Source of the DNA: Terriglobales bacterium
Lineage (GTDB): Bacteria; Acidobacteriota; Terriglobia; Terriglobales; Acidobacteriaceae
Length of the DNA: 64,000 nucleotides
Direction of reading: 5' to 3'
Assembly (NCBI GenBank): GCA_035507035.1
Contig: DATJOJ010000032.1
Coordinates: 40,938-104,937 of the forward strand
The notes under the pieces were generated by a model. It made no database searches. It had not been told where the DNA came from and was given only the letters and a program-made list of their open reading frames with translations. Shown one piece after another: positions 29,014-38,607 of the stretch; positions within the stretch are counted from its first letter, which is position 1, and every line of letters starts with the position of its first letter. Both the position numbers and the translations under genes were made by a program.

Positions 29014-30533
29014 TCGATCCCGCCTGGCATGTGAGTTTCTATAGTTTTAAGAGTTCCGCGCGGAAGCGAGGCCAAAACCGGCGCCTGCAGGCAAGTGAAG
29101 ACTTCATCCGGCGTGCGAAGGGCCGGATTCAAGTAGTCGCTGACAAAAGCGAGGCTCACGCTGAAAACTCCGGCGCAGGCGAGACCGATCAACCCAAATC
29201 CGAAAACAGAGATCTTGGCAAGGGCAGGAACGGCAGGCTGCTCGGCGATGATGACATTCAGAATTCCGCCTTGGTCGAGGGCATCGCCGATGCGCGCCTC
29301 TTCACGCTTGTTGACGTAGAGGAGATACTTGTCCTCAGCTTCCTTTAATTCTTGAAGGAGAAATTCTTGTTCCGTGGCACGGTCGTTAAGTTGGTGGGCG
29401 GCATCGCGATAGTGCGCCAAAAGAGAAGATTCGGCCCGAGCATGAGCTGAGAGGGCGACCGCTTGAACCTCCGCTTTGATTAACTCCTCTTTCGCCCACT
29501 CATGGTTGGGCTCAAGATCGCTGGCCTGATCGCGGACCGGAGCTAGCTCCTCGTCGGCGAGGGTCGCTTTGGTCTGGGCGATCTCTTCATCGACTTCCTG
29601 AACCAGTCGATAACTGGGTTCAAATTGGGTGAGCAGTTCGGTTCGCTTGAGTTCGAGTTCGAGCAAACGGCTCTTCATCTTCTCGAGCAGTTGGGGATTG
29701 TCGGAGTTGCGAATCTGGGTGAGAGTTCGTTCTGGGAGCGCGTTGAATTTTTCCTGCAAGGCGCGAATGCGTTCCGAGTTTTCGACAATCGCAACCTGAG
29801 TCTGACGGTCGTCAGCGTCGGCTTCATTCACGCGCTGCAAGGCCATGTCACGTTCTTGCGCGGCGGCGACTACGCCTTGGTCCCGGGAGAACTCCATCAG
29901 CTGAAATTCGGCGGCTTCGAGCGAATGCCGAGACTGAGTAACCTGCTGATCGAAGAAATTGAACTCCCCGGAAGGGCGATGCACCTGGTGATGGCGCGCG
30001 AGGTAAGCATCCTGCAGCGCACGCAGAGCCTTATGGCTCTGCCCAGGATCCGCACAATTGTAGGAGACGGTGATTAGTGCAGCTTTGCGCACGGCTTCGA
30101 CATTGAGGCGCTTTCGCGTACGGCGCACGGCGCGCGCCAATTGGCGCTCCGGAGTGTCACCGACCAAACTCCAGAGCCAAGAGTGGCCTTCAGAAATTAA
30201 GCCGGCATTTTGAATAACGGTCCGCAGAATTTCATCGTCCTGCAAGAGCTCGGCCTCAGAATTCACTTCCTCTTCGGTCACTTCCTGGCGTTCGAATTCA
30301 GCCTGGCTGCCGATGGGGGTAACCGCAGGATCGACCCGCCCGCGCCGAAGCAGGACTTTCATCTCAGATTCGTAGCTGGGAGCGACAATGCCGTAGGCCA
30401 GGATCGCGAGAAAGACTAGAAAGAAGGAGATCAGCACCAGTCTGGGCTGCCGGAACAGAACCGCCAAAAGATCACGCATCGTGGGCGAATTTTCCCGGGG
30501 CGGTGTTGCCACGATTCTCAGCTCTTCGACCAT
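29010..30533 (-). CDS. Polysaccharide co-polymerase / chain-length determinant (Wzz/GumC family)
   Basis: N-terminal TM (LVLISFFLVFLAILAYGIV), a long coiled-coil periplasmic region, and a C-terminal TM (VFGFGLIGLACAGVFSVSLAFV). AGGA upstream of ATG 30533. Confidence 0.8.
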   Translation of the reverse strand: MVEELRIVATPPRENSPTMRDLLAVLFRQPRLVLISFFLVFLAILAYGIVAPSYESEMKVLLRRGRVDPAVTPIGSQAEFERQEVTEEEVNSEAELLQDDEILRTVIQNAGLISEGHSWLWSLVGDTPERQLARAVRRTRKRLNVEAVRKAALITVSYNCADPGQSHKALRALQDAYLARHHQVHRPSGEFNFFDQQVTQSRHSLEAAEFQLMEFSRDQGVVAAAQERDMALQRVNEADADDRQTQVAIVENSERIRALQEKFNALPERTLTQIRNSDNPQLLEKMKSRLLELELKRTELLTQFEPSYRLVQEVDEEIAQTKATLADEELAPVRDQASDLEPNHEWAKEELIKAEVQAVALSAHARAESSLLAHYRDAAHQLNDRATEQEFLLQELKEAEDKYLLYVNKREEARIGDALDQGGILNVIIAEQPAVPALAKISVFGFGLIGLACAGVFSVSLAFVSDYLNPALRTPDEVFTCLQAPVLASLPRGTLKTIETHMPGGIE

Positions 30534-30605
30534 AAGTAGTCCTGCACGCCGGTTCCGAGTACAAGAATGTTTGTGACCGCGGATTTTTTGGCGCCCAAAC
30601 TCCTC

Positions 30606-31352
30606 CTAAAATTCAGTCGGACTGGCATACAGGCTGAGAACCGAAGCCGGTAGGAACTGCCGGACCTTGGATACAGCATTCTGAGGAACAAACAGTAAGT
30701 CGCCGGGCTGAAGGTGGACGTCTTCCGCCAGCGACCCGGTTTTCAGCATCTTCTTTACATTGAGCAAGTGAGATTCGACTGTGTCGCCGGAGATTCTCCG
30801 AAAGAGCACGACTTGCGAATGCTTCGAGCGGGGCGTAAATCCGCCCGCGATGGCGACAGCCGCCGTTACTGTGGTGTCAGAGCGCAATTCATACTTGCCG
30901 GGATGGCCGAGTTCGCCAGCCGCGATGAAGAATGGCTTATCGAAGTCTTTGAGCACGACGGTCGTGACGGGGTCGTGAAGTACGCCGGCGTATGCCTGGA
31001 CAATGGCCTGTTGCAGCTCGGGAAGGGTGGCACCTTGCGCATAGACTGGCTCGACTCCCTTCAAAGGAATGAAACCGTCAGGTTGCACGGTGACGGCCTG
31101 ATCCATCTGCGGGGAAAAGGCGAAGTCGATTTCGAGAACGTCGCTGGTTCTTAACCGGTAGAGCGGACGGCGTACCCCCGTCAGGGCTGGACTCCGTTCG
31201 CCGCCCGCTGCTCCGGATTTCGTGGTTTCCGCCGTTTTTGCGGGTTCAACAGTTGTCTCGGACTGTTGCTCCTGAATTGCGGCCACCACCAACTTCTGCT
31301 GCCCGATGCAGCAGAGAAGAACGAGACCGAAAATCGCTGTCTTGCGCGTCAT
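30606..31352 (-). CDS. Polysaccharide export protein (Wza-like: Poly_export + SLBB)
   Basis: Signal peptide. YRLRTSDVLEIDF (Poly_export motif), and a later SLBB-like segment FIAAGELGHPGKYEL and VHLQPGDLLFVP. Confidence 0.8.
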   Translation of the reverse strand: MTRKTAIFGLVLLCCIGQQKLVVAAIQEQQSETTVEPAKTAETTKSGAAGGERSPALTGVRRPLYRLRTSDVLEIDFAFSPQMDQAVTVQPDGFIPLKGVEPVYAQGATLPELQQAIVQAYAGVLHDPVTTVVLKDFDKPFFIAAGELGHPGKYELRSDTTVTAAVAIAGGFTPRSKHSQVVLFRRISGDTVESHLLNVKKMLKTGSLAEDVHLQPGDLLFVPQNAVSKVRQFLPASVLSLYASPTEF

Positions 31353-31721
31353 GATGCGAGTAACCCGATTTCTCCTGAATCTCTGCTATGCAACCGGGCA
31401 GGTTAATTAGAAAGCCTGGAGCGAACAAGACATGGAAGGTGGCATCCACAAAGGTAGGCGGGCGAGCGGATAGCTTCGTACTACTTTGGTGGGTGCGTAC
31501 AAAGTAGGCTTGCGCGCGGCCCGTCACCTTCCCGGGTTCGTTGGAGACAAAATCTGCTCGGATTTGAAAGCACTATGGATACAAGGCAGTGCAGGAATGG
31601 GAAGCAGTCTCGGCACGAAACGATTTTCCACACAAACTCACTTGCTTGCGATGTCGAATGATCACAGAAAAGCCACAGTCAGCCTCGCTATTCTTAGCCA
31701 GTCAAAAACTCACGGGGCATT

Positions 31722-32471
31722 ATGGGAATATTTTCTGCGGACACGGCGCCAATCGAGATTCTGGTCGCCGATTCGAATCACATGCACGGTCAACTTCTCA
31801 CCGGAGCCTTGCGCCGACGGGCCGAGTTTCGCGTAACTTCTTGTTGTCTGGACATTGACGCGATCATTGCCACAATTGCGAAGGATCCGATTGCGGTAGC
31901 TCTTATCGATGCCACAGACGAAACGTCCATTCTACGCAGCTTTCATCTGGCTTATCCACGAATCGCCAAAATCTTGTTGTTAGAACAGTTAAACCGTGAC
32001 GAGGTCATTAACGCGTTCCGATTTGGAGCGAGAGGAGTTTTTGATCTGGCGGACTCCTCTTTCCGAACGCTTTGCAAATGCATCCACCGGGTCCACCAGG
32101 GGCAAATCTGGATCAGCAATGAGCAACTTTCTTATCTTGTTGAAGCGTTGGCGGTCGGTCCCGGCATGCGGGTGTTGAACAGCCGCGGGGCTGACCTCCT
32201 GACACCCCGGGAGGAACAGGTCGTGGCGTTGGTGGCGGATGGATTGAGCAACCGGTATATTGCTCGGGAACTTGGACTGAGTGTGCACACGGTCAAAAAA
32301 TATCTGTTTCGAATCTTCGACAAGCTGGGGGTGTCGTCTCGTGTAGAGCTGGTTCTCTATGCCATGAGCCATGGCGAGGCGCGGGCGGTGGAGTGCATTC
32401 CGGCGCCGCTTGCAAAAAAAATCGCGCGCCCGCAGGCGCGCGAAGTCGGGGTTCTCGAACAGTTAGCTTGA
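31722..32471 (+). CDS. LuxR/GerE-family transcriptional regulator with atypical receiver-like N-terminal domain
   Basis: C-terminal LTPREEQVVALVADGLSNRYIARELGLSVHTVKKYLFRIFDKLGV (GerE HTH). The N-terminal REC-like fold lacks the usual DD pocket, T/S and K residues. Divergent from wza. Confidence 0.75.
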   Translation: MGIFSADTAPIEILVADSNHMHGQLLTGALRRRAEFRVTSCCLDIDAIIATIAKDPIAVALIDATDETSILRSFHLAYPRIAKILLLEQLNRDEVINAFRFGARGVFDLADSSFRTLCKCIHRVHQGQIWISNEQLSYLVEALAVGPGMRVLNSRGADLLTPREEQVVALVADGLSNRYIARELGLSVHTVKKYLFRIFDKLGVSSRVELVLYAMSHGEARAVECIPAPLAKKIARPQAREVGVLEQLA

Positions 32472-33704
32472 CCGGGCTTTCAGGACTTCGATTGCCTTTT
32501 GCAATTGATCATCTTGCGGATTCACCGGCTTCTTGGTTTCCTCCGAAGGCTGGGCATTCTCATCCTCATCTGGAACCGCCGCATCTTCATCGGCATCGGC
32601 CACTAGAACGTTGGGCGTGACGGCGGTGTCTTGAATCGCCTTTCCGCTTGGGCTGTAGTACTTGGCAACTGAGAGAATCAAAGCTGAGCCTTCCGGAAGC
32701 TCGATGACTTTCTGAACTGAGCCTTCACCGAAGGTTTTGTCGCCGACTACGTCGCCGCGGGCGTTCTCCAGAATGGCCGAAGCCACAATTTCAGCAGCGC
32801 CGGCCGTTCCGCGATTCACCAGCACGACCAAGGGCAGATTCGTAATCGCTTTGCCGGCATCGGCATTGAACGACTCGCGCGGATATTTTTGCCCTTGGAG
32901 GTAAGTAATGGTTCCGTGATTCATGAAGAGATTGGCGGTTGCGATCCCTTCCAACTCGTCACCCTGTGCGCAATCGCGCAAGTCAAGGATCAGCTTCTTG
33001 GCGCCGTCCTTTTGGACGGCCTTGATCTTGTTAGCAATTTCCTGGGATTTGCCCTTGGTGAGCGTATCGACACGAATCACAGCGATGCCGTCTCCGACCT
33101 GTTTGTCGGTCACGGGCGGAATGTTGACGACCGCACGCGTGATCACCATCTTTTCCGGCTCGGCGCGCCGAGCGCGAACAACCGAGACGGTCACGTTCGA
33201 GCCAGGATCGCCCTCCAGCAGATCGCGGATCTCGGCGACAGACATCTCCCGTGTGCTCTTGCCTTCGATGGCCTCGAGGATATCGGTGTCTTCCAGGCCG
33301 GCCTTATCGGCTGGACCTCCGGGAATAACGGATACGACGGCTGCATATCCGAAACGCTTGGAGATCGCGGCACCGATATCGGCCTTGGATCCCGCGAGAT
33401 GATCTTTATAAAGCTTGTATTGCGCGGGCGTCAGGTAGCTGGAGTCGGCGTCAAGGGACTCGAGCAAGCCATGCAAAGCGCCCTGCGTAACGTCGGGAAT
33501 GTTGGGTTCTTCCACGTATTCGCTGCGAACACGGGAAAGAACTTCGCTGTAGACCTGCAGCTGCCGGTAGGCGCCGTCGTTGTTGGAGGCGCGAACGCCG
33601 TTCATATCGCCGATCACCATGAACAGCAGAACTGCGGCGGAGAGCACGAGAATTGATGCTTTGAATTTTGTCGACATCGAAAAGTTTTCTCGGAGGTTAG
33701 TCAC
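32463..33704 (-). CDS. S41 family C-terminal processing peptidase (PDZ-containing)
   Basis: TM/signal segment, PDZ (VSVIPGGPADKAGLEDTDILEAIEGK), and catalytic region LVVLVNRGTAGAAEIVASA (Ser) with a downstream Lys. The start is either GTG 33704 or ATG 33677 (MSTKF). Confidence 0.85.
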   Translation of the reverse strand: MTNLRENFSMSTKFKASILVLSAAVLLFMVIGDMNGVRASNNDGAYRQLQVYSEVLSRVRSEYVEEPNIPDVTQGALHGLLESLDADSSYLTPAQYKLYKDHLAGSKADIGAAISKRFGYAAVVSVIPGGPADKAGLEDTDILEAIEGKSTREMSVAEIRDLLEGDPGSNVTVSVVRARRAEPEKMVITRAVVNIPPVTDKQVGDGIAVIRVDTLTKGKSQEIANKIKAVQKDGAKKLILDLRDCAQGDELEGIATANLFMNHGTITYLQGQKYPRESFNADAGKAITNLPLVVLVNRGTAGAAEIVASAILENARGDVVGDKTFGEGSVQKVIELPEGSALILSVAKYYSPSGKAIQDTAVTPNVLVADADEDAAVPDEDENAQPSEETKKPVNPQDDQLQKAIEVLKARSS

Positions 33705-33857
33705 TTCCTGGAGAAGTTTCTTAATTATAACCCGTTAGATGCGGGTGGCGACCAGATTGGACGGTCAAAATTGTGGATGTTGGTAACCAGATCGGGATTT
33801 CGGTTTGAGCGAGACGACCCGTGCGAGGAAACGCAATTCCGCCACAGAACCAATAAC

Positions 33858-34655
33858 TTACGGAGGGTCCGCGATGACGGCGCTGGGAGACGCCAAGATC
33901 TCGTGCTGGCCAACACCCCGCTCATTAGCGACCCGGGTTCCGGTGTTCAGTTGGTAGTCGGTGTAGTCGATGGTGAGGTTAATCTTCCCGCCCATCCGGA
34001 CCTGGGAAGTGGATTCGGTATGAGCAGGAAGCCAGAAGCCGTCTTGTGGACGCCAAAGATAGGCCACCTCGGTGTGGCTCGCCCACATAGAAACATTCTT
34101 TTGGGGCTCGCCTTCCATGCGGGCGATGGCAAAGTCGCGGGCGTCGACCCAGATCTTGCCGCGATAGAGATATCGGCTTTTCCCTTTCGGACTTACGTTG
34201 AGAACGTAAAAGTCGCCTTGGGGGGTGTGCTGCACCTGTTCCAGGGCGAAGTCGTAGTTGTCGGAAGTGACTTCCAACTGCTTTCGGTTTTCTTCTTCCT
34301 GCGCCTCCGATTCGCTGCTGAGCATTTTCATAAGGATGCGATTGATCAGCAGGCTTGAACCACTGCGGGAAATCACGCGAAACTCTTTCTTATCGGGCGC
34401 GGTGTAACTCATTTCCACCTGCATGTCGGCTTGATGATGCCCGAAGATCCCGCTGTAAGTCAGATGGTAGGTACGCTTGCCCTGATAACCACGGAGAGCT
34501 TCACTACGGCGCAGGTTCGCGGCCATCAACTTTTGTACGATTTCAGAAGCGTTTAACGGAGCCGCCGAGGCCGCATCTTCCGCCGAAGAGAAACTGGGCA
34601 CAACAAGGAGAAGGAGGCTGATCAACATTGGCAGTTGTCGGCGGAACAAACCCAT
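33858..34655 (-). CDS. Secreted LolA/RseB-like (outer membrane lipoprotein-sorting fold) protein
   Basis: ATG 34655 is preceded by GAGGAAGAAGGGGAG. Signal peptide MGLFRRQLPMLISLLLLVVPSFSSA. The body resembles the acidobacterial RseB/LolA-like family (RGYQGKRTYHLTY...YRGKIWVDARDFAI...). Confidence 0.55.
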   Translation of the reverse strand: MGLFRRQLPMLISLLLLVVPSFSSAEDAASAAPLNASEIVQKLMAANLRRSEALRGYQGKRTYHLTYSGIFGHHQADMQVEMSYTAPDKKEFRVISRSGSSLLINRILMKMLSSESEAQEEENRKQLEVTSDNYDFALEQVQHTPQGDFYVLNVSPKGKSRYLYRGKIWVDARDFAIARMEGEPQKNVSMWASHTEVAYLWRPQDGFWLPAHTESTSQVRMGGKINLTIDYTDYQLNTGTRVANERGVGQHEILASPSAVIADPP

Positions 34656-34813
34656 CTCCCCTTCTTCCTCGAGTGACGTTGCAGAAGATCCCACGAAATA
34701 CCTTAAATCTAGCACACGCGGAACCGTGCCCCTGGCCGGCGAGGACGAGATCCGCTACTCATAGTCTTTTGTTGCAATTCGAACGGACGTGGTTGCGCGA
34801 AAAAGCAGGAGAT

Positions 34814-35449
34814 TCAGCGCGCGTCGGCCAACTGGTGACGGAGCTTGTGGGTGGCGCGGAAGAGCGTGTTCTTAATCGTTCCTTCGCTGGTATTTAGAAT
34901 TCCGGCAACCGTGCGCAAACGAAGGCCATGATAATGCTTTAGCTCGAACACCATGCGTTCCCGAGCCGATAACGCTTCGAGAGCACGCAGGATGGTCCTG
35001 CGCAAGTCGCGGCTCATCATATTGCGTTCCGGACTGGCGCTTGCGCGATGATCGGGCAAGCGGTCCAAAATAGGCTCTTCTTCACCATCGGAAGAAAGCG
35101 TGGTGGTGAGATCGCGCGCACGCGTAGATTTCTTGCGAAGAAAATCTAAGCAAAGATTCGTCACAATCCGGTAAATCCAGGTATAGAAAGAGCACTCAAA
35201 GCGGAAGCTAGCGAGATTAATGTAGGCGCGCAGGAAAGCTTCCTGATAGATATCACGGCCGTCTTCTTGCGAGCCGGTCAGGTGAACGGCAAGCCGCAAA
35301 ACGGCGCGATCATATTGCCGGACCAGCTCTTCAAATGCCGTGGTGTCGCCCATTTGCGCCTGGCGGATCAGTTGAGTATCGTCGACTCGGCCCGAGCCGG
35401 TTCCAGTCCGCTGCGCTCCACGTAGCTGTAGCGTATTTTCCACGTACAT
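34814..35449 (-). CDS. ECF-type RNA polymerase sigma factor
   Basis: Region 2 (FEELVRQYDRAVLRLAVHLTG...DIYQEAFLRAY) and region 4 (ALEALSARERMVFELKHYHGLRLRTVAGILNTSEGTIKNTLFRA). Confidence 0.88.
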   Translation of the reverse strand: MYVENTLQLRGAQRTGTGSGRVDDTQLIRQAQMGDTTAFEELVRQYDRAVLRLAVHLTGSQEDGRDIYQEAFLRAYINLASFRFECSFYTWIYRIVTNLCLDFLRKKSTRARDLTTTLSSDGEEEPILDRLPDHRASASPERNMMSRDLRRTILRALEALSARERMVFELKHYHGLRLRTVAGILNTSEGTIKNTLFRATHKLRHQLADAR

Positions 35450-35458
35450 CTCCGCTCC

Positions 35459-36139
35459 CTAGCCAACGAATTTGTAGCCCGTTCCGTGCACCGTCAGGAT
35501 GAAGCGTGGCTCCTCCGGGCGGGGTTCGACCTTCTGCCGCAGGCGCACGACGTGCGCATCCACCGTCCGCGTCGTGGGAAAGTGGTCATAGCCCCAAACT
35601 TCTTCCAGCAACCGGTCGCGGCTCAATGTTTCGCCGGGGTGGTGCAGGAAGAATTTCAGCAAATCGAATTCCTTTGAGGAAAAATCGACGGCTTTGCCCC
35701 GCTTGGAAACTTGGCAGCTCTTGAAATTCACCTCTACGTCGCCGAAGGCGAACTTCTCCGCCGGTTTGGTGGTGATTCCGGCGCGGCGCATCACGGCTTT
35801 CACGCGCGCCAACAATTCACGGATCGAGAAAGGCTTCGTGACGTAATCATCAGCGCCGAGTTCCAGCCCCACAACTTTGTCCACTTCCTGGCCGCGCGCG
35901 GTGAGCATGATGATCGGCAGCGACGGCCGTTTGGCTTTGAGCTGTTTGCAGACGTCGAGCCCGCTCATGCGCGGCATCATGACATCGAGGATGACAATGT
36001 CCGGCATCTCGCTCAACGCCCGCTCCAAACCGGCGACACCGTCAGGCGCGGTGATGACCTGGTAGCCTTCGAACTCGAAGTTGTCGCGCAACCCGGACAC
36101 CATGTTGGGCTCATCCTCGACGATCAGGATTTTTGCCAT
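35459..36139 (-). CDS. OmpR/PhoB-family response regulator
   Basis: MAKILIVEDEPNM...IVILDVMMPRMSG receiver, plus a winged-helix C-terminus (LTVHGTGYKF). Confidence 0.9.
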   Translation of the reverse strand: MAKILIVEDEPNMVSGLRDNFEFEGYQVITAPDGVAGLERALSEMPDIVILDVMMPRMSGLDVCKQLKAKRPSLPIIMLTARGQEVDKVVGLELGADDYVTKPFSIRELLARVKAVMRRAGITTKPAEKFAFGDVEVNFKSCQVSKRGKAVDFSSKEFDLLKFFLHHPGETLSRDRLLEEVWGYDHFPTTRTVDAHVVRLRQKVEPRPEEPRFILTVHGTGYKFVG

Positions 36140-37824
36140 GCTTTGGGCTCCTGAGCGGAATCCGATGGCGCTTCGCTCATCGGTTGGTTTACCAATCGGA
36201 CCGGAAGCGAGATGGTGAACTTGCTTCCCTGCCCCGGAACGCTATCCACGGAAACATCGCCGCCGTGCGCCTGGGCGATGTGGCGCACCAAGGAAAGACC
36301 CAGGCCGCTTCCTTTCGTGTTGTGCACCAGCGGATCGCCCACGCGGTAGAACTTCTCAAAGATTTTTTGCTGCTCTTGGGGTGGGATGCCGATTCCGTGG
36401 TCTTCGACTTCCACCTTCACCGTTCCGTTGGCGCGAAATACGTTCACGCCGATGAATTTCCGGTCCTGCGAGTACTTGAGGGCATTGTTAACAAGATTCA
36501 GCAGAGAGCGTGCGATAGCTTCGCGATCGACTCGCAGCGGCGGTACGTTGTCGGCAATCTTCTCTTCAAAAACAAACCCGTTTTGCTCAATCTGATAGCG
36601 ATAGGATTCGAGCGTGTTGTGAACCAGCTCGCGAACGTCAGTTTCGCGGAAGTCATACTCTTTGCGCCCGGCTTCAATACGGGAGAAGTCGAGAATGTTG
36701 CTGATCAGTGCGGTCAGGCGCTCGCTTTCCTTGCGAATGATGCTGTAATACTCCTGATACTTTTCTGGCGACTTCAGGCGGCCCATCTCGAGGGTTTCAG
36801 CATAAAGGCGGATGAGCGAGAGCGGCGTACGCAGTTCGTGCGAAACGTTGGACACGAAGTCGGACTTGAGGCGAGCTAACGCCATTTCGCGCGAGATATT
36901 GCGATGCGTCAAGATGATGCCGGCCGCGAGCAGCAAAGTAATCGCCCCCAGGATCATGAAATCGGTGCGAACGAATTTCTGTTCCATCGCCGCCAGCGTG
37001 GTGCCGGGCATCTTGATGGCGAGGGTCAATCCCTGAAAGGCTCCGTCGAAGTTACGCTCCACTTCGGGCGTGCCGCCATCCCATCCGGCCGACGCTGCCA
37101 GAGGAGTCGATTCGTACCGAGGATGGATCATGATTGCGGCATGCGTGGCCTCGCCATTTTCTTCCTGATGGCTCATTACCGAGTTGAGCGCTTCGGGAAA
37201 GAAGTCATGCTGCAGATATTCCGGATCAAAGATCATTCCACCGATGGCCTTCTTGTTTCCAGACAGGTCGGTGGTCAGGAAGAATTGGCCGACTTCATAA
37301 ACATGCTGGTCTCCCCGGGGGACCCAATCGGAAAAGGCATGACGCCTGCCTTGTTGCTGCATCTCCGCGAGATCCTTCACCATGTCGTTGTATTCAATCG
37401 CCATCCAGCCGTTGAACATGCCGTAGAGATATTCATGCTCGGCGCGAGAGTCAGGCGTGTCGGGCCTGCCAGGCTGGCTTCGAAATACCAGACCTACCTT
37501 GGGATCGTAGACAAATAAATGAGCAGCATAGGGATGGGTGGCCAGAATGCGGTCCATGGTTTCGGCGCAAGCTGCACCGGAACCGGGGAATTGGTCCTGG
37601 ACATCATCAATCAACTCCCAAGCCTTGTGGTTCATCTGCTTCTCAGTGATTAAGAGAACCTGGGAGAAATCGCGCTGAAAAGCAGCCTGAATACCCTGGT
37701 CGCGCTCGATCGACTTCAAATGCAGGGCACTCAGGATGACCAGCGCGGCGGCGGGCAACACGACGGCGAGTTCCAGGGTCAACATCAACCGAGTTCTCTC
37801 GTTCCAGCGCCGCTTACCTGTCAT
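36124..37824 (-). CDS. Sensor histidine kinase (periplasmic sensor, HisKA, HATPase_c)
   Basis: Two TM segments flank a ~250-aa extracytoplasmic domain. H-box SHELRTPLSLI, plus N/G boxes. 16-nt overlap with the response-regulator gene. Confidence 0.88.
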   Translation of the reverse strand: MTGKRRWNERTRLMLTLELAVVLPAAALVILSALHLKSIERDQGIQAAFQRDFSQVLLITEKQMNHKAWELIDDVQDQFPGSGAACAETMDRILATHPYAAHLFVYDPKVGLVFRSQPGRPDTPDSRAEHEYLYGMFNGWMAIEYNDMVKDLAEMQQQGRRHAFSDWVPRGDQHVYEVGQFFLTTDLSGNKKAIGGMIFDPEYLQHDFFPEALNSVMSHQEENGEATHAAIMIHPRYESTPLAASAGWDGGTPEVERNFDGAFQGLTLAIKMPGTTLAAMEQKFVRTDFMILGAITLLLAAGIILTHRNISREMALARLKSDFVSNVSHELRTPLSLIRLYAETLEMGRLKSPEKYQEYYSIIRKESERLTALISNILDFSRIEAGRKEYDFRETDVRELVHNTLESYRYQIEQNGFVFEEKIADNVPPLRVDREAIARSLLNLVNNALKYSQDRKFIGVNVFRANGTVKVEVEDHGIGIPPQEQQKIFEKFYRVGDPLVHNTKGSGLGLSLVRHIAQAHGGDVSVDSVPGQGSKFTISLPVRLVNQPMSEAPSDSAQEPKAWQKS

Positions 37825-37992
37825 TGAAATCTTGTCCCCACTACCTTAAGAGAACATAGTCGAGCGACCAAGGTTGTGTGTCAAACGGGGGTAAAAAGCT
37901 GTAAAAAGTTGTGAACTCAGGGGTTCAGCGCACTGGCTCGGTGATTTAAAACCGAGGTTGGTTGGCCCCATCGAAGCTGATCACAGGCCGCT

Positions 37993-38607
37993 CTATGCAT
38001 TCCCGGCAATCGCAATGCGAATTTCCTCAGCGTCCCGCCTGGCTTTACCCGCAGCGGCGCCAAATGCGAGCCAAATCAGTGAAAGAACGGCCATTATGAG
38101 AATGAACGGCCAGGGACCCGCGCAGAATCGGAAAAGCCAACTCGAGGGATCAAGGCCGTTCGTCTTGGCGGCCATCAACGCTCCTTTGCCGATCCATGAG
38201 GCTACGATGCTGGGAATCAACAGCCAAAGCAGGCGACGAAGGCGCAAGTAGCCCTGTGCGCGCTCCTGGTGCTGCCGTTCAAGAAAACGCGCACAAGTTT
38301 CCTGAGCACCCTTCTTGCTGGGCCGATACGGCAACTGCGTCGCCAGGACAAAGGCTAGAAAGGCAAGAGCCCAGGCTTGCCCGAAGCGAATCCAGGGCTG
38401 GATGGCGGAGACCACGTTGTAGAGAAACCCCGCGGCTAACAAAGCCGTGACGCTCGTCGCGGTCCAATACACAAACTTGTTCAGGTTTTCACGGGAGCGG
38501 ACGAGACTTTCGAGTTGTTCGGGACGAGCTTTGATTCGTGCCGTAGGTGTCTCAACTTTCTGGGCTTTCCAGACGCCTTGCGCCTGATCAGGGTCATTTA
38601 GTGTCAT
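37993..38607 (-). CDS. Four-TM membrane protein, putative anti-sigma partner of the upstream ECF sigma
   Basis: 14-nt overlap with the sigma gene stop. About 55-aa cytoplasmic N-terminus followed by 4 hydrophobic segments. No HxxxCxxC zinc anti-sigma motif. Confidence 0.45.
   Translation of the reverse strand: MTLNDPDQAQGVWKAQKVETPTARIKARPEQLESLVRSRENLNKFVYWTATSVTALLAAGFLYNVVSAIQPWIRFGQAWALAFLAFVLATQLPYRPSKKGAQETCARFLERQHQERAQGYLRLRRLLWLLIPSIVASWIGKGALMAAKTNGLDPSSWLFRFCAGPWPFILIMAVLSLIWLAFGAAAGKARRDAEEIRIAIAGNA

Noticed and set aside
32889-33656. 255-aa plus-strand ORF opposite the S41 peptidase. Similar antisense ORFs are 36133..36879, 44572..45405, 48984..49850, 52610..53266, 53605..54282 and 62924..63778.
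   Set aside because: Each overlaps a gene with unambiguous catalytic or family motifs on the other strand, and the antisense translations are compositionally junk.
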